A stretch of 51,675 nt of DNA, filler included, from Catajapyx aquilonaris (Eukaryota), in the NCBI GenBank assembly GCA_000934665.2. It is 2 parts of 2 records of this genome, joined end to end, with 100 filler letters (N's around TTAATTAATTAA, not from the genome) between each part and the next. Parts side by side here need not be neighbours in the genome. Positions count along the whole stretch, not along the records: positions 25,924 to 51,675 come from JYFJ02005308.1; 1 more part is not named here. One strand, 5' to 3'. Below are positions 25,824-37,202 of this stretch, piece after piece; positions within the stretch are counted from its first letter, which is position 1; each line of letters starts with the position of its first letter. Below the pieces are notes generated by a model, which was given only the letters and a program-made list of their open reading frames with translations, searched no databases and was not told the origin of the DNA. Position numbers and translations under genes: made by a program.

Positions 25824-25923
25824 NNNNNNNNNNNNNNNNNNNNNNNNNNNNNNNNNNNNNNNNNNNNTTAATTAATTAANNNNNNNNNNNNNNNNNNNNN
25901 NNNNNNNNNNNNNNNNNNNNNNN
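25824..25923. other. artificial scaffold-joining spacer N44-TTAATTAATTAA-N44
   Basis: Exactly 100 bp and symmetric. The central 12-mer (25868-25879) gives TAA stops in all six frames. Confidence 0.9.
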
Positions 25924-26209
25924 CGACTGGCCACAGATACAGTCTGAAATCGTTGTTTATTTCTCAACAATCACAGTTGACAATATTCGCACCAATAATC
26001 AGTGCCAATGCCAACAGCCACAACAACATGTATGATGACGCAATGGGGGGCCTCAAGGCGGAAGTGACGTCATTAAACTCCCGAAATCTTGAAGGCGTCG
26101 TACGCAAAAACTGTGCAAGTTAGCCCAAAACTACTTCCACATCCCTATATTACTTTTGCGAGTCCTATCAGGCTACCTGGCGACTTTCCGCGAGTTTTTG
26201 AGCATCCTG
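25924..26209. mobile_element. truncated Tc1/mariner-type element end
   Basis: CpG-rich block ending tttttgagcatcctg|TA (CAGG(G/A)TG-type TIR). The left part is lost in the gap. Confidence 0.5.
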
Positions 26210-26450
26210 TATTGTAATTAGGTAGATATGCAAAAGTTCACCACAGGCGAATTATTTTTTTATTGCTGTTGCAAAATCAATGGCATGCAAACTCTAGTCC
26301 TACTCATATACAGAAGTATGCTTTTAAGCTTTTCATCTCTTGTCCATTTTGCCTAGGTAAAAATCAGAAGAAGCATTCTCTGTTTGTCTGTCTCTCCCTC
26401 TCTTCCTTCCCCCCCTTCCCCCAACATGCACATGTTGGTGACAGTGACAG

Positions 26451-26498
26451 ACACAACTTGGTGGGAATGGGTCCAAGCCAATTGGGGGGTTAGGAGGT
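26451..26498 (+). CDS. mub: candidate 48-nt in-frame cassette exon of mub/PCBP (TQLGGNGSKPIGGLGG)
   Basis: cag| at 26450 and |gtgagt at 26499; 16 codons, phase 0-0, compatible with the phase-0 exon at 29571. Gly-rich like the KH2-KH3 linker. C-rich pyrimidine tract at ~26377-26422. Confidence 0.5.
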
Positions 26499-27000
26499 GT
26501 GAGTGGATTATACATTTGGAACTGAGTGTGCCTGTAAAGCATTGACACTAACTTTGATTAGAACTATATTAAACTATTATGTTACTTTATGCATCAGAAA
26601 GTGTAGTCTTAAAGAAGTGTCATTTTGTGATCTAGTTAGTGTTGTAAAAATGCTAGAAGTTGTGCCTGGATTGGGAAAATACAGTTTCTTTCCACATTTT
26701 TGGGGGATTTTTTTTCTTCTGCAGACAGTCAATTTTTTTTGAGAAACATTTTAGCATTTTATATCCATTATCAAGTTACTACTGCCTGTTTAAATAACTT
26801 ATAACACTAATTTAAGTTGGTCCCTTGAAAAGCTTTATATCAAGGTTATACCATACCTCCTCTTGCTACCTCCAATGTAGGCCTGTAGTGTGTGGGCTTC
26901 TTTCTGATTATAGACGTCAGGTTACTGTCAGTTGCTGCAGGGTTTTTCTGGATGGATCAAATATTCCAATCAGCACACATCTAAATTCAGTTATACACTG

Positions 27001-27300
27001 ACTAGATATGCCCTAGGGCGTCTGTCTGTCTGTCTGTGTGTGCACGCTTAAATCCCTTCCAGAACCCTCTGGATGGCTGGGGATGTCTCCAGTCCTCTTC
27101 ATTCATCTGGGGAAGGGGGTCGGTGATGTAACACTTCTGGGCATTTATTTTCTTTGTAACATGTTCACTGGAATGTCTCGAAACTAGATACCCCATAAGC
27201 TGGCAGGTTTTGGAGAATCTGTCCACTTTGAGATCTCCCTCCCATCCAATGTGTGGAGATTTAAAAAATATATAAANCCCCCCCCCCCCCCCTGGAGAGT
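27001..27300. mobile_element. possible DINE-1/Helentron-like non-autonomous fragment
   Basis: actagatatgcccta-gggc short hairpin followed by a (GTCT)n microsatellite, with a second actagatacccc at ~27183. Boundaries are uncertain. Confidence 0.35.
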
Positions 27301-27412
27301 GCGAAATATGGAGTTAAAGAGGGGTCTTAGAGGAAAGGCCCCTTTTATTGGTGACAAGTGCAAGAATACTGAAGGGAAATTCATCTCATGAAACTATACA
27401 TTATAGATATAG

Positions 27413-29113
27413 GAGGCATTCCACATCAAGTGGGCCACCTTCTGACAAATCCTTGAGGACCTTGACCAAAATTTAATGACATGTACTACTCATCAACCTA
27501 TGCAGGAAGCCAAATTCTTATACCGCTGTGTTGCGTGGTTGTGTAACTACAGGGTGTGGAATCTACCAATTTAGACGGATTTTTGCTTCGCATGTAGTCA
27601 CTTGGATTACCATAACTCCTAAAGGATAAGTACAAATCCTAAACTTGACGTGTGCTTCGGATGCCTATTTTAATGCTCTATGAGATGGTCATACTGATGA
27701 TTACGAGAATTAAAAATTTATAGTCAAATATTGGCGCTCCAATTTTGATTTTGATTTTTATCAAACTTGGACACATGTGAGATTTTTTGCATGACTCTTA
27801 AAATGAAGCCGGACATGTCTGGCCAATATTTTCGAAAATTCTACAAGGACGAATGTGATCTTTCACATGCTACAAGCCGAAACGCAACCCGTGTGTATGC
27901 GCGTGGACCAGCCCGCCCGCCTTTCCACGTATATCCATCGTTCTTGCTATCTCAATGCAATCCACTGCACCTGGCTTTATTTGACCTTTACTTCTATCCG
28001 GAGATATCTTACGTACCCAACTGAAGGAAAGCGTAATTTTTTGTCGTTTGTTTACACACGACAGCAACGCCCTTTCCCACATGCAGTATACGCATAGAAC
28101 ACAAAGTAGCTATTTACGCTGTGATATGCGACAGGAGTAGGCTATATGGAGCAATGAAAATGTACGAGATTTCAAGGTAATTTGTTCTAGAAGAATTAAA
28201 GTTTCTACATGCAAACTCACCCTATTGACATACTGACATCTTTCTGTAATTTTTATTAAATGGAACAGACAAAACATGTAAACTTATGGTTATTTTTGGA
28301 AGGAGTAAATAAGACACCTTGCATTTCATTAATTTCCCTCCCTCAACCTAATTGGCTGGTTAATTATAATTAACCAGCCAATTAGGTTGAGGTAGGGAAA
28401 CGCAACTTATTGCAAATATGATATAATAATTAACTTATTGGCCCTATGCAGTAGTGTTTAATACAGAGTAGCACGATCGTTCTGCACTAGTACTGTATAT
28501 TGGACAGATCTAATCATGTCAGTGTTTGGTGTCAAATTCTACTCCCACTGTACCCGGTATTTAGTTCTGTCATGAGAATACGCATGACGAAGGCACTTAT
28601 TTATTTCAGATCAGTACAAATGATAGATCTTAGCATGGCTGGAAGACAAAGGGAAAGGCGGGCGGGCTGGTCCATGCTCATACACACTGGTTGCGTTTCG
28701 GCTTCTAGCACGTCAAAGACCAAAATGGTCCTTGTAGAGTTTTCGGAAATATCAGCGAGACTTGTCCAGCATCATTTTAAGAGTCATTCAAAAAATCTCA
28801 AAAGTGTCCAAGTTTGAGAAAAATCAAAATCAAAGTTGGAGCGCCAATTTTTGACATTAAATTTTTGATTCTTGTAATCATCAGTATGACCATCTCATAG
28901 AGTGTTAAAATAGGTATCTAATGCACACATCAAGTTTCGGATTTGTACTTATCCTCTTGGAGTTATGGTAATCCCAGTGACTGCATGCGAAGCAAAAATC
29001 CGTATAAAATCCGTTGGTAGATTCCGCACCCTGTAGTTTTGGCTTCCTGCATAGGTCGATGAGTAGTACATATCACTAAATTGTGATCAAGGTCCTCAAA
29101 GATTTAATGCCTT
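27413..29113. mobile_element. 1.7-kb fold-back DNA element with ~480-bp inverted arms (Sola2-like terminus), in a mub intron
   Basis: 27448-27927 is the imperfect reverse complement of 28651-29105 (e.g. ggaccagcccgcccgcctttcc / ggaaaggcgggcgggctggtcc). Left end gaggcattccacatcaa; right end aatgcc with a subterminal deletion. Confidence 0.85.
28333..28400. repeat. spacer-less palindrome (52 bp perfect, 68 bp with one mismatched pair)
   Basis: cctcaacctaattggctggttaatta|taattaaccagccaattaggttgagg at 28341-28392, flanked by tttccct / agggaaa. Confidence 0.95.
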
Positions 29114-29570
29114 AGAGATAGAATTGAGATTTCTTGATGATTCCAATGTGGGTATCTGCTAAGTGTAGGCTATATGAGATTTTACATGTGATTATACCCT
29201 CTCTGTGAACCTTATTTCTAAATTAAATCTTGCCCTAAACATGATGTAGAATAAACTTGTGCCCACTTTTGCCGACCATATTCAAGCATGTGGGAGAGCT
29301 GCCAAAGAACTCTCCAAGTGTTCAGGAAGAATTGTTGTCATCTCATGTGATTTCTTGTATCGTAATTTGGCTTTGCAAATAATTTGTATGGTTTCAGCAA
29401 CCTCGCAGTGGAATTTGTAAATGCGAGAGATTCCAGGTGCAAAAATATTATTATTTATTGTTGTGAAAGTGTGTTGTTCTGCTGTAGATGTGTTAAAGAA
29501 AGCCAACTTACATTACTAAGAAGTAATGTCGCACTATAAGCTAGGCTAATGATAGTATTATGTTTTGCAG

Positions 29571-29664
29571 CTGGCCAAGTTGAGCAACACTCCTTTGGCA
29601 GGATTGGCAGCATTAGGTTTGGGTGGTCTGGGGAGCAACAATGCAGGAGCATTAAACCCTGCAG
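29571..29664 (+). CDS. mub: mub / poly(rC)-binding protein (PCBP), KH2-KH3 linker exon
   Basis: ttttgcag| ... G|gtacat; LAKLSNTPLAGLAALGLGGLGSNNAGALNPA, resembling the NPLAxLAALGL linker of insect mub; phase 0 to 1. Confidence 0.93.
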
Positions 29665-29751
29665 GTACATGTACAGTATCGCTTTTTTCAATTTAGTGGA
29701 GTATGATATTTCTGAATGCATATCATTACACCTGAATTATTAAATTTGCAG

Positions 29752-29899
29752 CTTTGGCAGCAATAGCTGGAAGTCAGCTGCGCACCAACAACCAGAATCG
29801 TCAGGCTAGCTCACAAGCACAAACCCATGAAATGACAGTACCCAACGAACTTATTGGCTGTATTATAGGCAAAGGTGGCACCAAAATTGCTGAAATTAG
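29752..29899 (+). CDS. mub: mub/PCBP exon, N-half of KH3 domain
   Basis: tttgcag| ... AG|gtgagt; ALAAIAGSQLRTNNQNRQASSQAQTHEMTVPNELIGCIIGKGGTKIAEIR, with the KH GxxG loop (IIGKGG). Confidence 0.97.
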
Positions 29900-29967
29900 G
29901 TGAGTTCATTTGGTGATGAGGCTGTTTTAAAAATTTATGACTAATGGGAATTTGTGTTAACTCTCAG

Positions 29968-30096
29968 GCAAATAAGTGGTGCCATGATCAGGATTTCCAA
30001 CTGTGAAGAGAGGGAAGGTGGCAATACTGACAGGACCATCACAATCACTGGCAACCCCGACTCTGTAGCCCTTGCTCAGTACCTGATCAATATGAG
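29968..30096 (+). CDS. mub: mub/PCBP exon, C-half of KH3 domain
   Basis: Follows a 68-nt intron with a gactaat branch point; ctctcag| ... AG|gtaagt; QISGAMIRISNCEEREGGNTDRTITITGNPDSVALAQYLINM. Confidence 0.97.
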
Positions 30097-32746
30097 GTAA
30101 GTGATGCTTCTTATTTCACTCGAACTTTAGCTTAATGATTTCTTGATGAGAAGAATACTGGGGTTGTGGGAAGGAATGATCGAAAGGGAAAGTGAGAAGT
30201 TGGTCGATTGCTGAACACTATGGCAAACTTGTTTACGGAGTTCTCTTCTGCCACAACTGATGCTGCTTAGTGATTTGGAGTTGCTGCATTCCACTTCTGC
30301 AGCATTAGAACAAAGGTGTCTGCAAATGTTTGCAGAAGTGGCGCTGTCCTCTTTAAAATCTGTGTTGTTCTCATGAGATTTACACACTAACCTTTGTTTT
30401 ATTGGGTAATATTTTTTACTGGAATGTTTTATTGACAATCCTCAATGACTATGAAAATTTTAAATATGAATGGTGCAGGATGCCACCTATTGTCATGCAT
30501 TTGACACTTACAGTGAAAGTTATTTGGAAACTGAGAAGGTGCCTTGCCTATTTTGATGTGACTGTCAAAGGTCAAGTGGTTGAGAAAAATGCGTTTCAAG
30601 GGGCAGCAAGGGTTTGAAAGCAGAGGGAACAGAACCACAACTCAACACACCATCTGTAGGCGGAAGCACGTTGCCTCAGGTCCTTGTTCAGGCAGAGTAA
30701 TACTCTGATCAGAGTATCTGCTAATTTTGTGTTTGTTTGAAGTTTTGATATCCTAAGTGGTTTTTCAAAGCAAGTTTTTCTGCTTCCTACAACAATTTGA
30801 GAGAGTGGTGTACTACCTATTGACTGCAAGAGGGCTATTGTCACCAAATGTAAATATGTAGCTGAGAGGGTTCCTTCAACAAGTAGAGGGAAGGTTTGCC
30901 TCCTTGTCTCACATAGATGTGAAGTGGTTGTGTAGAGAAAATAATGAGCTCGAGGTTGAAACTACTGTTTTTAATTGCATGAGTAGGATATGACATTTGT
31001 ACGGAGTCAAATCCTCATCTTGTGGTGAACCACCTAGTGCTTCTTGTGTGATGCCTGCAGCCTCATGGATGGGCTTAATGTGGTGTAAATTATAGGCATA
31101 GTTTCTTTTTCATTCATAGGATCTTTGTAATTTGAAAGTGATCATATTCTTTTCAATGGGATGTAATAGAAATCAAACGTGTCATATGTCATGATATTAC
31201 ATTACTTACTCATTTCTAATGAGCATGAAATGGAAAATTCCAACCAACCTCTATCTGGAGACATTATTTTGACTTTCATACCTGAGTTATGCCATGAGTG
31301 ACTTGTGAGGGTGAGTGTACCCTTCCACCCTTCCTAACCAATTTTTGCCCTATAGTTCTTTTGCATCCATCTCACAACTGCAAAGGGCCTGCGTTGGGAA
31401 TGGATGTGGCAGCTCAGACAGCTGTAATTTAAAAAGCCTGGTAGGTCATTGTATCAACATTAACCTCATTTACACCAGAGCTGCGGATCACAACTGTTCA
31501 AGCTGTGTGCATACCAGAGCTGTGTGCAGATGTTTATTGAATGAGAAAGATATTTAGGGATTGGGGGGTTTATTCACTCTCACAGTTCTGCTCAAAGTAT
31601 TGACCACTTTCTGATGCCATAAAACAGAGGATGTGTAGGAGTGTTTCACACCACTTTAATAGAAACTGATTTATTAGTTCGAGAATGGGTGATCCTGATA
31701 GTGCATTAAGAAAGTTTTAAAAATGGTTTTTGTTGCATAATGATGCTGCATAGCATACTTTACAACAGCTATAGGACAATCACATTAATACCAGTGCATG
31801 GGCATTATTAAATTATTGACAGATGCCATGGCTAGATATATGGATTTATCAAGGGGAAGATCTTGTTACATTTTATCCTATTCAATTGACAATTTACACG
31901 ATTTTTATCTCTCCCCGTTGGTATGGCAATGTGTGCATATTTTGGTTGTTTAGGGGATGTTATATATTAATTTTGATTACTATTTTGTTACATTGTCAAT
32001 ATTATTGGCACCCTGTGTTTTTAAAAAGTCGAAAGTCTTATGTTTGGCACACTTGCAGTAACTACTTCCCTCTTCTCCCTACTTAAAAAAAAATAGTGCA
32101 ACCATACTGTACTGTCTACATTAAAGATGTTTTTTAAAACTTAGCAGTACAAATGATGCTTAATTAAAGTGGACAATATGCCCAAAGATAAAGTTGTGTG
32201 TTTTCAAATCTGCAAATATTGAAAATTACTGATATTATAAGGGGTTACATCAGCACATAAAATTTTTGGCGACTTAATTTTCAAAGACAGAAATCTATGT
32301 ACATAGTATATTCTATATTCCTATCACTACTTCACAATTTCAAAATGGCATTTTAAGGTGAAAGCTCCTTTGTCATGTATTGTCAGTTGCATTTGAATTT
32401 ATGATTGACATACATGTAGTGACTGCTGGTAAACTATCATTACATCACATTTCTATTCTTTCCTAGAGGTGGACAGGCATGTAAACATAAGCATTTATCG
32501 CCATACATTCTAGCCACCCCCTACAAATCATGACCTGATATATTTATATCCTCTCAGAAGAAACAGACAGGTCTGACTTAATGCAGCACAGTTTTACCAG
32601 GAGTCCCTACTCATGTGTCAGCAATGTAATGTGTACTGAACTGTCACAAGGCTCAAGTATCTAGTGTGAAGATTGTTTTGGTTGCATTTATGCCCTTCAA
32701 ATCTTTCACCTTCAAATTGCACAACCATTGCAAGTGACACATACCA

Positions 32747-33090
32747 GGGGAGACGGAGTGGCGCCGCGGTAACGCGTGCGCTCACGGAAGTTAAGGTCCC
32801 GGGTTCAATCCCCACCCGGGGTTCCCACCTTCTTTCGTGCAGAGTTGGGCCATCTCTGGCTTCGTTTCGGGTGGCAATTTCCGATAGACTAAGCCACCCG
32901 GGGGAGTTCACAAAATGACCAATTAACGACAGCGCACTTGCACTTTGCACATCCCCTCCTAATTACCCTTGGAGCAATTAAGTATATCCATGTACATCGC
33001 TCCAAAACCCCAAATGGTGGTAATCCACCCCCCTAGAAATGACCTATCGGCCAGATAACGGGGTACAACTAAAAAATAAAAAAAATAAAA
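32747..33090 (+). mobile_element. tRNA-derived SINE (family S3), young copy in a mub intron
   Basis: A-box tggcgccgcgg, B-box ggttcaatccc, tail atggtggtaatccacccc...acggggta plus A-rich end. Perfect 15-bp TSD AAGTGACACATACCA at 32732-32746 and 33091-33105. CpGs are intact. Confidence 0.92.
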
Positions 33091-36000
33091 AAGTGACACA
33101 TACCATTGAGAAAGTCTCCTTTGGTATACTAAATATTAAGCATTTCATTTGAATGATGGAACAGAGGACAACATATTGTGGGAGAATTACGAAGACACTA
33201 ATGGCATGTGCTCCATTTAAAAATTCCATGGAAATAGTTACACATGGTATTCTGAGGAGTGTCATCTGACTACCAGGGAATTCTTTAGGCCAAAACAAAT
33301 GCCTGTCTTTCAGGTTGGGGGATCAAAATGTGCACATCTGGGAGGGTGATGAGAGAGGAGAGATACATTACATGGTACAGTAGTGCAGACTTTTCGGGCT
33401 GTAGGACTTGAAAAAGGTTAGGACAGCCCTCATCCTCTTTTCCAGTAGTGCAGACAGCATGGCAGGAGAGGGAGGGGGGTTTAATTTGAAATTAGGAGTC
33501 CTGAATTTTACGAGACTATTTTCTAGGGTCACCAATGAAAAAGATTGGGATGCACTGGTCTAGGTTCATGCTCATGCTAATTGGCATTCCAATACCAGAT
33601 GGTTCCTTGATTTTCACATTTATACAGTTGCCACTTGTTTTGGTCTAGGGAAAGTGCTGGCAGCTGGGTGACATATTAGTTAGAAATGCTTTGTGTATCA
33701 ATGGAGTCAAATCGGTCAATTATGCATAGTTGAACTTGTTTCAGAGTACATGCTGTTTCATTGGTCCAGGCATGAAAGGCCATCCTCATTTAGGATATTT
33801 TGAATGCTCTTGAACAACAGCAATCATGAAAAAGCATTTTTTACTTTGAGATTAGAACTGAAATATTTTTTGATATTTTCATATATTATACAGTAGGTCA
33901 AGTTTATTTGAAGGTATGCACTGAGCCACCTTACTGGCATGATGGGCAGATTCTCAGTGAAGAAGCTTAATGCATACAGAGTAGGAAAATAAGGTCTTGA
34001 CAGTCCTCATACCACTGTTTTTGCCCAAGTTGGTGCTGACACAAGTACCGTTATATCTTTTCTTTGATGCAGTTTCACTTGTCACATTGGATGGCAGTTC
34101 CCCAGCCTGGATTTCCATGGCATTTACTCAGCATAATTCATCCCACTGCGCTCATTCAGACATCACATGCTAGTGAACAAGTAATGTGGTTAAGAGACTA
34201 ACTCTGGCCCTTATTAGCATGCATGGAGGTGGTAAATATTTGCTTTGTCATTTGGACAAGGTAGCCCATGGCAACATACCTACAACTGATGCATGAGCCA
34301 TGCTACATGTGACGTTTGCTGCAGATTGGAAACAGGATGAATAGCCTTGTTTCTCTAAGTCCTTCAAAGCTAGACATGATGGACAAATGGATATAAGCTG
34401 CCTTTAAATTGTAGTGATATGGGCAATTATCCTCTCTCCAATCTTCTTTTTAAAACCATGACTCTCATTTAGCTATAGGCAAGAGAAATGTGCAATGCTG
34501 TGAGCATAAAAGCATCCGGTTTTTTCCCCCCTAAAGTGTGCATTGGTTTTCAGTTGGTCAGAGAAATGGCAAAAATAGGGAAATTAAATGGCAGGGCTTG
34601 ATGCACTATAAACAGCCACCTTCAAAGGTGATGTTTTAATAACCTTCACTTTTCCATAGGTTTTCATGTTTCACACTGGAAGGCACCTTTGAAGAAACTA
34701 GCTCCCTGCACTGAAATTTTTTAAAGGTCAGACAGTTATGTGGCTTTCTTTGCTTCTTTCTTGGAGTTGATAAATAGTTCAAATTTGTTAATAGTGATAT
34801 TTAAAAATGCATACCAGTTGTCTGGAAAAAAGAATTGCTCGATTATTGGGAAGCTTGTTTGCGTCATGCATGCATGTTTGAACACCGATCCACTTCCTTC
34901 TGGCAGAGTATGCACTTTCTTGGAAATGGTCAGTGTTTTAACATGTGTGCAAAACAGGTTGTCATGCATCTTCTCATGGCATGAGAGTTTTAAAGCAAAA
35001 TGGACAACTTGCAAGATTATATCATTCTGAAGTTATGCATGCATTTCCAAGTGCACTGTGCACGATTTGTTGTTATTATGGTTCTCAAATGCAGCACTCA
35101 GCACACAAGAGCATTGTTGAGGATTGATGTGTGTGGGTGTATGTGGGTACCACTAAGCCTGTCATCTTGGCATGTGTCTTTGTCTGTCCTGCCCTATGAC
35201 ATTTTCCCAAGCAGTCTTGCCTTATTTTTCACACTGCAGCAACCTTACAAGATTTGCAATTGGAGCTCCTTGAAGTGTTAAGGGAACAGTTAAGTCACTG
35301 TACATGCTTCATGTGTTCCTGATAATGTGTAACTTTTATGCAGAATGTTTTTTTCACATTATCTATCATCAGAGGACAATCACCGAACACAAGCACAGAA
35401 CTGTCATTTTGATACATTGCCTCTTAACAAGGTGAGAACACGGAAGTTGACCACACCAGTGTTTCAGGTAGCTGTTGTTATTACTGGTCAGAAGTGCGCA
35501 CATAAATAGGAATGGATACTTGTGTGACCTCACTCTCCACCTTTCTAAGCCTCTTCAACACCAGTCTTCCAGTGGACCTATGATCTGGGCCAAACCCCAT
35601 TTTCCTATTGTTTGTTGACAGTGTGCTTGAATGTTTCACACTTCCAGTAGTTACCTGGACAACCCAAGGTTTGGCCATTCATCAGCCCATTATAGACATG
35701 CACAGATTTAGAGGTCTTCGGACCATCAGGCATTTGATATGTCATACACACCAGTCAGTCAGCGCAGCTGACTCAGGTTGTCAAGATGAAAGGCAGGTTT
35801 TCAAAAGGCTCCATATTTTGGACTATCAGTTGGCATCTGGATGATGTAGCTCTTTTTAAATTCCAGAAAGCCTCAGCAACTTGGTTCGCATGAAGAAAAT
35901 AATACAAAAATATTTTCTGTAATGTTGCATGCCTACAGTACATGTAGTTGGACTGTCACGCTAAGCAGCAGTACTTGCCAGTGCTCACGAATGGCCGAGT

Positions 36001-36204
36001 CCTCATCTTGATCCTCTGCCACTGCACATTCCATTTGATTCCCACCGGAAGCCCTTTGTAACCACCAGCACTGTCGTTTTTTACCAATCGCCTTATTTCT
36101 GTCTTTTCCGCTTGCAACCACAGAAGCCTCTTGTTGCAATTAAGAGCAGTTCCAGAAGTTTTCTCCTTTTTAATTCCTATTTTCCCATCTCTCTCTATTC
36201 TCAG

Positions 36205-36595
36205 CATTGAGCTGCAGAAAGCTAACCTAGAGGCCCAAAAAAACCAAACCCAATCCGCTGGATCAAGCTCCACATCCGGTACCAGCAGTAGCAGCGGCCA
36301 AAACACCACCACCACCACCACCAATACCACCACCATTTCCTCATTGGCCAGTGCCATCCCCCTTGCCCAGTTGCTTGCCAAACCTGGTGCTCTCAATGCC
36401 CTGTCAAGCCTCTCCAGCTTCAGTGCCCTTGGGGGCTTAACAGAGCTTTTGGCAGGGAGCAGTCAGCATGTACAGACCACAGGAGTTTATCATGCTCCTA
36501 AATACATATCGAAGTTCTGCACACCCTCAGCCAATGGAGCTTTCAAAATAAAATCTGAAATTAAGTCTGAGCGCAGCAAATTTTCACCATATTAA
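36205..36595 (+). CDS. mub: mub/PCBP proximal alternative last coding exon (long C-terminus ending ...SERSKFSPY*)
   Basis: Long pyrimidine tract ...ctctctattctcag|. Phase 2 joins as INM-S-IELQKANLEAQ...ASAIPLAQLLAKPGALNALSSL..ALGGLTELL...VQTTGV...KFSPY, TAA at 36593-36595. Matches the long insect mub isoform as I remember it. Confidence 0.92.
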
Positions 36596-37165
36596 CTCAG
36601 TTCAGTTTTGCATTGCATGCCCACACACCAACTTACAACAAAACATTTGGGATTCAGATGCCACATGAAATTTCTCCATGCAGAAGTTTTGTACTGCAAT
36701 GTCCAGTATTTAATACTGCCAAAATACTGGGTTCGGCCAGGTTAGTCTCTCTAGTCATGGAAGTATACAAATATTCCTGACAAGGGAGAGAATCCAAATC
36801 TGTTGTCTTACAAAATTTTAAAAAAAGTATCTGCAGTGTGCAATAACGTTAAGTGTTGGTTGTCTGACTCCATCACAGTACATGCACTAGGATGTTGAAT
36901 ACTCAACATTACAGCACATTATAGTTACTGCTTTTTTTTGTAGGAAGACAGAAGTGTCTAGTCCTAATATTGACCAAGTATGACTAGTGACAGGGTTACA
37001 TACAAATGATTTATGCAAAGTATGATGTGCAAATATTCTCTCTTGATTGTGGTCACAGGTCAGATGTTGTGATTCTCAGGTCACATTAAGAAAAGTATGA
37101 CCTCTTCCAATGACAGAATTAAGAAGCAGTTGGTAACTTCTGAGATTAGTGCCTCTCTTTTTCTG

Positions 37166-37171
37166 AATAAA
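37166..37171 (+). promoter_or_regulatory. candidate polyadenylation signal for the proximal last exon
   Basis: First AATAAA I find after the 36595 stop (~570 nt downstream). Confidence 0.45.
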
Positions 37172-37202
37172 TGACACTGATCATAATTTAATTGGAAACG
37201 TA

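Noticed and set aside
35965..36204. Open frame extending ~240 nt upstream of the 36205 acceptor (longer exon variant; includes the ORF start at 36131)
   Set aside because: It translates the pyrimidine tract, and the upstream phase-compatible AG (~35981) lacks a tract. Similarity to mub starts at SIELQK.
35956..36396. 146-aa minus-strand ORF with a poly-Val 'transmembrane' run
   Set aside because: Antisense shadow of the (ACC)n poly-Thr stretch in the mub last exon.
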